DNA of 63,088 bases, filler included, from Choristocarpus tenellus KU-1152 (taxonomy: Eukaryota; Protista; Phaeophyceae): NCBI GenBank assembly GCA_964200185.2. It is 11 parts of 11 records of this genome, joined end to end, with 100 filler letters (N's around TTAATTAATTAA, not from the genome) between each part and the next. Parts side by side here need not be neighbours in the genome. Positions count along the whole stretch, not along the records: positions 48,863 to 56,067 come from CAXNAD020006539.1; positions 56,168 to 59,667 come from CAXNAD020019609.1; positions 59,768 to 63,088 come from CAXNAD020020820.1; 8 more parts are not named here. One strand, 5' to 3'. The notes beneath the pieces were generated by a model that saw only the letters and a program-made list of their open reading frames with translations, made no database searches and was not told where the DNA came from. The position numbers were made by a program, and so were the translations under genes. Positions 53,821-63,088 of this stretch are shown here, piece after piece (position 1 is the stretch's first letter; each line of letters opens with the position of its first letter).

Positions 53821-55615
53821 TTGCATCAAATATTGTCACAACACTATGTTAATGACACAAGGGGGAGGAAAAAGATAGACATAGACAACCCACATCTTGT
53901 GGGCTGGCACTTCGGTGAACAAACGGAGATCTTAACAAAGAAGATCTTTGTTGGGGTGGCGCAGTGCAAGTGGAGGTGGTTCAGGTGAATTTAATGGATT
54001 TGGGGTTAGGGTTCCATTTGATATCCACTCTTTTTCATCCCTGCTTTCCTTTGGTCCTCCCTCTTTTTGTTTCTTTTCTTCGACGAGGGGTGACATTGAC
54101 TTATAATGCCTACTCGGTGTGTTGATATATGCTGCCTCTTTTCCTTTGCTCTGGTGTTGTTTACTGCTTCTGATCCATCTCCACCCCCAATGCCTATGTC
54201 ATGCTTTCATGTGTCCTATATCAAGGGAAGAGAAGCATCTATGTACATGGTACCACAAAAGTTGGAAATGATTCTGGTTTGCCCAAAGAAGACAGATTTC
54301 GTACGCATAGGCGGAAAGGTTGTGGAGGACTTGGAACAGACAATTTAACAACTCGAGGAGAGGTTCCATTCACCATAGTAGGCTGGGCTGGAGGAAGAAG
54401 GTGTAGAGTTCGGGTAGTCAACTATTAAAAATACTAGGGTCAAAAGTTCCCTCGTAGTGGGTGCAATTTCGCGACTCGGTTTCAGCAACAGCTACACCAT
54501 TGCTGGTGGGTGAATGCTGTAAGTGACAGGCTGCCTGACTACTGCAAAAGCAACATCCACAAGGAGGCCTTTGTCCTAGAAGGGAACTGAGGCAGTGCCT
54601 GAAGGTGCCCCACCATTCAACAACACCAAGTCCATGCCGAAGTTCTGATCCACTCTAAACGGACTGCCATCTTCCATAGTGAAAGGATGCCCATTCCCCT
54701 CCAGAATTCATCTAGGCCTTTCGACATACACGTGTGCTGGCGTAGTTGTCCTCCCCTGTTAGGGTAGGTGTGGGTATGTCAAGTTGTGGAAATTGTTTTG
54801 TTTGGATACGTTTCTAACCATTTTCGTGAATGTCTTACCGTGCGGAATCTACCGCCATTCAGAAAAAACTTTCAAGTTGTTAGCGTACCCTTCATGAATC
54901 TCCTCTCCCTATACTTATCTTGCTATCCCACCACCGCACACTACACCAAGTTCAGGAGGATCATAACGGTCAAGGTATGGTCGCGATCTTGAAGAACAGA
55001 TTGGGAGATAGATGATATGTATTGGTAATAGTCGTTTCGTGCCAATAAGACGAGGACGATTTGCCTCTGGGAACCAACACCCAGCCAATCCTAACTTGCA
55101 GTTTGAAACAACGTATTGACATGTAGTCCCGTCTTCCCTTGCTACGGCCCCCAGAATACGCTGGATGATTAGACTCAAGGTTGTTTGCACCATTCTCGAA
55201 GTTATCTCGCTTTTAAGAGTCATACTTTTCACCCTGTGCAGGGTAACCTGGACTGTACAGTGGCAATACTGTTGAGGTGTTAATCAGTTTCCCAAACTTG
55301 TCTCAGCTTTGCTGGGTGGTGTCTTCGATTTCGCCTACTTGTAGACAGTTTGAAATGAAGTTCAAGCGGTTTCGACTCAATACCTACCTTCCACGCTTAA
55401 TGAACAGACTTGCTTTCTTAGACGAACATGCGTGTCTTGTTGCAGTTGTACAAGGGATGAGACTTTGGTACCACGTATGCTTGATTGATGGGTCACTTTC
55501 CCACTTTCATTCACCGGTAGGCTCCCTATACTGGGATTTTCCCTATCGCCTTACCATTAAAGATGCCTTGACACCTCTCCCTTACTCGTTCCCCCAGAAG
55601 GAGTTGCTCTGCGCC

Positions 55616-56067
55616 ATGCGCATCTGCCTCTCGGGTCACCTCACAGACAGGTCGCGTCCCCAGTGTCGGTTGGTGTCTCTCCGAGTGGCTGCGGTGATGG
55701 CGGCACTTCCTTCTGCAGCCCTGGCGTTCGCTGGTGTACATTCCCCAGCCTGTCGTCCTGCCATCTTTCGAGTTGCAGCTGGCAGGGTAGGGTTGGAGAC
55801 GCGGGCAATAGTTGCTGCGCGGGGTTCTGCAGGCAGGCGTTATGTATGGGGTGGAAGCAGCAGCTTTGGGAGCAGCAACTTTGGGAGGTGGGGGGTGGTG
55901 CCGGGAGTGAGACCCCTAACCACGGCTAGCGATCCAACAGTAGTGACGGGAGATGTCGGCGCCACGATCGCGGATTCACCACTTTCCACCAAGGGTGAGG
56001 GTGGTGACAAGGGGAAGAAGGCAAAGGGCAAAGGAGGAGGCAAAGGAAAGAAGGGTGGGGGGGGTGG
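55616..56067 (+). CDS. First exon of an organelle-targeted protein (signal peptide plus transit-like leader); truncated by the gap
   Basis: GCC-ATG start. MRICLSG...LVSLRVAAVMAALPSAALA|FAGVHSP, then an Arg/Ser/Ala-rich, acid-poor segment and a Lys/Gly-rich linker. GC-rich and open up to the gap. Confidence 0.7.
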
Positions 56068-56732
56068 NNNNNNNNNNNNNNNNNNNNNNNNNNNNNNNNN
56101 NNNNNNNNNNNTTAATTAATTAANNNNNNNNNNNNNNNNNNNNNNNNNNNNNNNNNNNNNNNNNNNNGTGAAAAACGGACGCCGACACCCCCCCCCAAGA
56201 TATTTTGACCCTGTTGTTTCATGAATGTTCTCAAGCGGTTGGAGGACTTGTGCAGATTTTGTGTATGGAGTCACAGTTCAGGTGAAACCTTGGCCATGTA
56301 TGGGTTCTGTCTGGGTGTCGTGTGTTGACAAGTCTTACACAATGTATGAGACTATTAATTGTTGTAAGAAAGTGAATTGTGATATATCAGGCATGATATT
56401 GGTATCCACAGTGTGTCAAGAGACTTACGGGCAAATGCACATACATCATACTAAGGAAAGAGCTTTTGAGATACTGTGGCACGGACTTGTTAGCAGAGTA
56501 GTTGCTAACTGTTCATGCAAAACCGAACCTACTATCAAGCAAGTGCTCATCGCTTCATTGAGCAGTCTATGTGTGGTCCCCTACCTACTGCTACTTGTGT
56601 ACCTATCTCCTGTTGCAAATTGATTGACTCAAAAAGTCTGTACAAGACAAATGCTTTGTATGTGGCCTCTGCTAGAAAGAAGCTCAAATCATGCCTATTG
56701 TCTCAGGGAGAAAATGGAAAGCTTCACTGTGC

Positions 56733-56870
56733 CTAGGACCAGATTTTGAATGTGCAGTCGGAAGAGGAAGAAATAAGGTAGTCATCTGCCGGACTGAAGA
56801 GGGTACACTGCACAGCATCTTCATGGCTATTTAGCTCGGAGACCACGCTCTTGGACACTGTGTCAAACAC
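56733..56870 (-). CDS. SPAG16: PF20/SPAG16 flagellar central-pair WD40 protein, terminal exon
   Basis: TAG|VFDTVSKSVVSELNSHEDAVQCTLFSPADDYLISSSSDCTFKIWS*. Matches the PF20 end HEDAVQAVLFDP..YLVS..SD.TFRLWS. Confidence 0.9.
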   Translation of the reverse strand: MFDTVSKSVVSELNSHEDAVQCTLFSPADDYLISSSSDCTFKIWS

Positions 56871-57619
56871 CTAATTAAGGGGATGGATATAGCATGGGAA
56901 ATGTGGTGGTTGAAACTCTCCTCAGAAGATACTCTTGCGACTTACTGTCAACACAGCTGGTGATCTTAGCCATGCTGCTAGGATGGGAGACATTTGGATT
57001 CACAAGGACCTACACACTTTAAAACCCACACACTTTAAAACCCACTCAGATAGCAGTGCTGAATCATGGGTATATAAGTATCTGAGCTCCACGATGTAAT
57101 GATGACCATTTGCCCTAATGATGTCTCTCCATGCAGAATGATGTTTGCTAGTGTTGCGAGTTTCACCTCTATTACATTTTGGAGATTTTTTTTTTCGTAA
57201 CACTTGGGACAATACTGTTTACATATAAACGCCTTCTTTTCTTGAGCAAGACTTGACTAAAAACGAAGTACTTGTCGGATTGGACTCCTTTCCATACACT
57301 CATGGATGGAGCTTTAAATTAGGGCAGATATCTCAGGAGAATAAAACATTTACTCGATGTCATCAGGTGCGTAGAATTTCTGGGTCAGCGTCGCACCCTT
57401 TTCCAGAAGTGCCTTGATTTGTACTTGACCTGGAGGAGTAGAAGAGTCATGCAAATATCACTCCTCCAAAGGAGTCATGCCCCCATCTCCACAACAAAAT
57501 GTCGTCAGCACACAAGCAGAACACCAAGTGCTTAAGGAGCTATAGAAGACCGGAAGGCATTATCAAAACCTACAATGTGTTGAGCAGCACTCAACATTCA
57601 ATTTCACTGTCTTCCTCAC

Positions 57620-57778
57620 CTTGACTGATCCATTATCGCTGGCTGCAGAAAGCCTTGTGGCGGACCTGTCAAAGCATATGGAGTTCAGCGGGTGCTGCCC
57701 GGCCTCCATGGTTCCGATTTCAGTCACCATTCGTACGTCCCAAAGCTTGACCATTCCATCCGCATCACATGAGGCTAC
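57620..57778 (-). CDS. SPAG16: PF20/SPAG16 exon
   Basis: TAG|VASCDADGMVKLWDVRMVTEIGTMEAGQHPLNSICFDRSATRLSAASDNGSVK|GTGAG. Matches PF20 ASTDADGVVKLWDTRM..HP.N...FDRS. Confidence 0.92.
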
Positions 57779-58454
57779 CTAGGAAAGGAGGTATCAACAG
57801 GGGTACCATAGAGATGCGTATGAATGAGTAATCAATTTAGTATGCGGTTGTGGATGAGGAGGAGAGGCGGGGGGGGAAAGACTTGTGAAACTTTATGTTT
57901 CATGACGATTTTTGTGCAGCAGTCGAGTGGTCACTTCGTGCGGGTGGATGTTCAAATTGATTTGTGTGTGAAGGTCTCACTTCTGCTTCTTAAATCCGCA
58001 CAGAGTGGTACACCCAATTCCATTCAGGTTCCCGAACGTAACTGATGGTAATGACAGATGTTAACAGGCAATACCTCTCGATGATGCTAACTAGCTGAGT
58101 GAGAAGTATGGGGAGTTATGATCTATGAGAGAAATAATGTGAAGCTCTTAAGGTTAGAACAATACGGGGTAGAAACCACACACAGTCCACAGTTATCTCA
58201 TTTGCCTTGTCTGTTGCATGAACTAATTCCAGAAGAGGTTTGATACACCTGAGGACGAAATTCATCCACTACAGCAGACAGTCTTTGTGAAACTGTGTCC
58301 AAAGTCCCTGAATTCAGTAGTAGTACTTCACAATTCAGTGCTGTTTACCCTCCTTCCTTGCAAGTGCCCCAACTTGTACCCTAAGATATGAGATCGGACT
58401 CTTGTGTCAAAAAGGAACATTGAGGGCAAGGTATACATATATTTACCTACTCAC

Positions 58455-58514
58455 CATGTCACCCTTAAGGGTGCTGCACACATGGTTGATTGCGTTGGTG
58501 TGCCCGTAGAATGT
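58455..58514 (-). CDS. SPAG16: PF20/SPAG16 exon
   Basis: CAG|TFYGHTNAINHVCSTLKGDM|GTGAGT. 60 nt, phase 0-0. Confidence 0.9.
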
Positions 58515-60260
58515 CTGCAGTTGGAGCAGTGAGAATGGAGGTTTGGGGATCCATATTAGGCTGTTGCGACTGGAAATGATTACTTTCCCTTATGTGTGAT
58601 AAAGGAGGACACACAACATCCAAACAAAAGGGTACAGAGAAATGATGGCGGCACTCAATGAAGGGAAGAGTGCACGAAAGCAGTTGAAATGCAATTTCAG
58701 AAACTGGGCGGTGGGTAACCAAGAGATTTGTTAAACAAAAAAGATGTATCTTTTTTATTAGATGGCATCGTAGGAAAGGTGCAATTTCATAGTAGTGTTC
58801 ATGGAAAATGCAATGGGCAAAACAGGGTGAGATGGCAATGAGTTGAAGTAATGAGAGGCCCTCAGGGTTATATATTAAGAAAGCTGATAAATTTGTGCAA
58901 AAATAGGCTTTGTTTTCAAATATATATTTGAACTTTTCTGAATTTTGTGGGAATTTATTAAACAATAGAGAAATCAACAATCCAATCTCAAACTTATCAT
59001 TCCAATAAAAAAAATATGGGTGAGATGCAAAGGATTGAAAAAACTGGCTATAAATGCAAAAAGGTCAAAAGTACCTCCTGTTTACCATGGGCGCTGAGTC
59101 TGTACAATTGACTGTTGGAAACCTTTATCCAATTCCTCTCAGATGCATTGGTTCAGCACTGGTCTGAGAACTGGTGGGATGGCAGGTAAGCAAGACCTTC
59201 AACAGGAGTTCTAGATCTACCTCTGATCATAAGTTGCTTGATTACAACTATGAAAAGGTGTGGGACTGTAAGAAAATGGGGCATCTCCACCAGAATATGC
59301 AGCCAGCAAACAGGCATTTTTCTAATTGATCGAGACAGGGGGATATGCTGGATACGCTGCAGCATAGTCAGACTGGTTCTTGCCTTTTCACAACCTGGCC
59401 TACATCTAATTTATCTCTCACCCAATGCCCAACACTCGTACTTGTAGTTGCCAAGCAAACGAAAATCAGGTTGAGCTCACCTGGCATACTTCCAGCGAAA
59501 AAGAAAAAATGACAGCGTGAAGCAAACGGAACTCAGCATGAAAACTTCCAATCAGTATGTGCTGTATCATTGCAGCATGAATGAAATAAGATGGCAAGTA
59601 AGTCCCCTGGTGTAACAGTGCTCTCACTGAATTTCATATTTTCTGAGAGGCTCAAAGTATCTGGGGGNNNNNNNNNNNNNNNNNNNNNNNNNNNNNNNNN
59701 NNNNNNNNNNNTTAATTAATTAANNNNNNNNNNNNNNNNNNNNNNNNNNNNNNNNNNNNNNNNNNNNATCCCCAAATGGACGCGGCTCTACCCTCTAAGA
59801 TACTTTGGCTCTAACACAAGAGCATCGTCCGGTGTGGAGAGGTGGGTTTGATGTATGAACACAGTATTATTTCCAACTGGTATATATTTTGCCTGCTTGA
59901 TGATTGAACAGTAGTCCTATCTCAGAACAATGTAATCCGACTGTACTCGCCATATTCAGTTTGCAGTTACCACGCCTAGATATCTGATGTACAAAGTTAG
60001 AGATCCCTCCAGCGTGGAGTTATGTTACATATATGTGTATGTACATGTGTGATATGTTTATTTATGGTTCAACAATATGATCTCATCCGGCCGTCCTTGC
60101 GCTGCTGCTGCAGTTACCACGCGTAAATACCTACAGAACTAGAGATCCACTGCCGGCATACGATTCCTCTACGATTCCTCTACGGTTCCATCCCCCGTCC
60201 CTTATATCCACCTCCAACACAACTCCCATCCATATATACATACGTGCGCTACTACAACAG

Positions 60261-63024
60261 GAACGGCACGAACAAAGAGAAGTACATGGCTCCGAAGTGA
60301 GATCTGGTAATGTCCTGGATAGACTACTGGGTGGATACGTACGGGCAGTTCATGCCTCACAAGACCGGAATTGTGATCTACACCGCGAACAAAGAGGTAG
60401 GTTTTGCCCTTGGTTGTGGAGAGGTTGGCCACACCCTGTGTTGGAGTTAGTTGCAAACCGTGTGACCCAGCAGTACGTAGAAGAAGTTGATCGAAGGAGT
60501 ATTTCAAGTGGTGGGTGGTTATTACTTTGACTGGTCTGAGATTATGGTTAGTTAAAAATGTGAAGCTTCATATGAAGTACTATTTTTTTTCTTTGTAATA
60601 TCGAGACTACAATGGTGATGATGATACTGTTCGTCGCTTTTACGGGAGGAAGGCACAGTAACTGTTGTTTCACCGCTGTGTACACCTACTCTGCGGCCCT
60701 GGGTCTGGTCTGACCTTGATAGTAAAGCTGTGTACTTCGTATGTCTCAAGTACTTCACAATGATGATGATGATGATGATAATGATGGTAGATTCACCTCC
60801 TTTACGTTTCTGCAAATGGCGGTGAGACCCAGAGAGAATGGCGCTCGTGGCAGATTTACGAAGATCGTTCTATTTGCTCTTTCATTTTGCACGATGTAAG
60901 CTTGCTTGATCCTGTCTTCCGTGTTGTCAGTTAAGTTATTGAGTGAAAGTATCTTAGAGGGTACGAGTTTTGCCCTGTTTGTCCATTTGGGGCTTGGCTT
61001 CCCATGGGGTTTTTTATTACATTTTCCTACCCCAAAATGTTTCGGGGTAGGTAAAATATGTACGTTATGAAAAGTTGTGTCCAGAATATGGATATTGACC
61101 CTTCCTAACCAACAAGTTGCCAAAATTACATCAAAATCACATCAAAATCGCAACATTGGATTTTGGCCCTCAAATGTACGCGACTCTACCCTCTAAGATA
61201 CTTTGGCTCATTGGTCAGCCCGCCTTCGAGAGATCATGCAGCAGTGTTCTTCGAGTGTTCCTTCTCAATAATTCCTCACTTGTCCACACAAACAACATTA
61301 TTAATTAGGAGCTATATAAGGATTTTGCAAAGAGGCAATACGGGTGTATCCTGACGGCACTTCCAAGCGGGTAAGCAAGGCGCACTTCCTCCGATTGCTC
61401 AGAGAGGACAGGCCCAATATCAGGGTAGGTAGGAGGCGAATTTATGAAATGTGACATATGTGTCACGTTAAAAGAGAAGCGGCACGGTGTGCGTGGTGTA
61501 AAACCCACGAACGATTCAACCGTCCTCAAGTCCATCGACAAGGAGCTGTCAGACCATCGAAAGGTAGGTGTCCAGCGTTAATTTTGCGACAATCGTGCAG
61601 TAGCAACATATCGCCGTCGTTGCCCTCCTTTGGGAACAACATTTGTTGCCTTTTGCGAATGAAAACTCCGATGCAGGTGCTTATGGCAGCAGCAGCAGCC
61701 TCACTCAGCGCAAAACTGTTGTTATTAGTTGCCCAAACACCTAGTGTGATGGACTATTTCCTGGTCGTCTACAGCGGGCTGTGGGAGGGACATGTCATGT
61801 TGCGATCTTCCGGCCCCGTACGTACGTACTTGCTCCCGTGCCGACAATACTGTCTTTGCTTTGAATGCAGCAGTAAAAAAAAGGAGCAAGGACAAACATT
61901 TATTGTTACCTACACTCGATATTTGTCACTTACCTGGTACGTGTTAACAAGTGACCATTTTTTTACACCTCCAAGCAGATTTATTTGATTTATAGATGTG
62001 ATGTTGCTCTCCCCCATTTGCCAGATTATCCAAGCGGATCGGCTGGTGATCGCCAACAACACCAGCAGCACCATGCGGGCCAAAGCCGACGGCAAACCTC
62101 TCGGCTTCGTGTTCATGTCTGTAGACGCGGCAAACCAGACATCCCACGCCCTCTCAGCACTTTACCCACCTACCCACGGCAGTGACAGGTAACCACACGC
62201 ACGCATAGTCCATTTGTCAACAAGTTTGCAGCCGCACGCAGAATAGAATTGACCATCCTGTTATATTCAACGGTGAGTGCAAAGTCCCAAGAAATAACCG
62301 CCAAAACAGACGCACAAAATTCCACTACCTATTCCGTTCATCATGATGATGACGCACCGTAACACCTTTCTTTACACGTTTCTTTGGTTTATGTCCTTGT
62401 TATCAGGGGCTACTCCGAGCGCCAGAAGATCATGGCCACACACGTTGAAGGCCAGTTCGCGGAGGTGTTCTTCACTCCTCAAAATATTGGAGGAGGTATG
62501 TATTGTGGGTTGTGGCACAACAATCACACGGCCGAATAGATGCTGGTTGCGCACGCACCACTTGATTTACCGTCAAGGTGAGGGGACCCGCCGCAGGTTA
62601 GATACCCGAGGACGAGTACATCCTTGCACGATTTGCCTACAGATACTGCAGGCCTGGTGAACAGTCGATTAACTGATGATGCGCTGTGCTCCCCTGCCCT
62701 CATACGCCTCAGCTTCGGAAGGGCGAGAGGAGCGTAACAGCTAATCAACGAGGAGGGAAACCGACAGACATCTATATCAGCCAGTCGGGTGTATGTGCTC
62801 TATATCGCAAAAACACATTCCATTACCCCTCTTTTTAGCTCCAGGTAAACAATGCGTTAAGTAAGCAGAGTACTATTTGCCAATTAACGGCAGACATCAT
62901 TGTTCGAGCAGGTTGTAACCTTGTCTGCACAGCCACCCGCCTTGCCCTCACAAGGCTTATCGACAAGTACCACAACAGCCTCGATCACGCGGGGGGTTGC
63001 ATCATCCAGCACGCGCATTGGCAG
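60261..63024 (+). pseudogene. Intron-containing Sola-like DDD transposase, partial and disabled. Exons 60261-60396, 61309-61563, 62025-62188, 62407-62495 and 62912-63024
   Basis: All four introns are GT-AG and phase-compatible. Reconstructed protein: ...MAPK*DLVMSWIDYWVDTYGQFMPHKTGIVIYTANKE|ELYKDF/KEAIRVYPDGTSKRVSKAHFLRLLREDRPNIRV/GEFMKCDICVTLKEK...KELSDHRK|IIQADRL...FVFMSVDAANQTSHAL...SD|RGYSERQKIMATHVEGQFAEVFFTPQNIGG|GCNLVCTATRLAL...HAHWQ|. One TGA (60298-60300) and two frameshifts (~61328, ~61431). Confidence 0.8.
60941..61209 (+). mobile_element. MITE family A inside the transposase intron. Further partial A copies at 19152-19259 and 59768-59811
   Basis: Full TIRs. Flanks ATT / ATT(G). 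Confidence 0.92.
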
Positions 63025-63088
63025 GTAAGAAAGTTTCATCTTGAGACGACCTACTTGCGATCTACTCGCCAAATAACGGCCACCAAGT

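Noticed and set aside
51850-55240. Minus-strand multi-exon gene diverging from 55616
   Set aside because: Several exon-like GC-richer patches exist, but I could not establish consistent frames or any homology.
60298-60300. In-frame TGA as selenocysteine or readthrough
   Set aside because: The next exon also has two frameshifts and there is no redox motif. A nonsense mutation in a decaying transposase is the simpler explanation.
23045-61209. MITEs acting as intron-generating introners
   Set aside because: Copies in resolved genes lie deep inside introns, and none supplies the GT/AG boundaries of the reconstructed exons.
61677-61817. Phase 0-0 AG..GT open segment as an extra exon
   Set aside because: Motif spacing from the His (DHRK) to the catalytic VDAANQ is best preserved by splicing 61563 directly to 62025. 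Treated as intronic, but not excluded without RNA data.

Overview
Eukaryotic, intron-rich, repeat-rich DNA. It is most likely from a flagellated photosynthetic stramenopile such as a brown alga or close relative; this is an inference from long introns, a PF20/SPAG16 gene, a plastid-type bipartite leader and TTAGGG motifs. The window is 11 contigs joined by identical 100-nt N-TTAATTAATTAA-N linkers, so adjacency across gaps is probably artificial. Most ORFs in the supplied track are spurious; real genes are short spliced exons that I reconstructed by hand. Host genes, all partial: a HAS1/DDX18 DEAD-box helicase (4 exons), a GPR180/TMEM145-like terminal exon, a divergent calmodulin-like 4-EF-hand protein (5 exons), a SWSAP1-like Walker-A exon, PF20/SPAG16 (last 3 exons), an organelle-targeted first exon and possible HID1-like exons. 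Mobile DNA: a deleted Ty3/Gypsy element, an RTE-like LINE fragment, a possible Copia remnant, and three MITE families sharing an AAAGTA terminal core, mostly GAG...CTC ends, and usually 4-bp target-site duplications. The most interesting item is not in the ORF track: a spliced, at least 5-exon Sola-like DDD transposase pseudogene at 60261-63024. It is a candidate autonomous partner of those MITEs, and one of them sits in its first visible intron.
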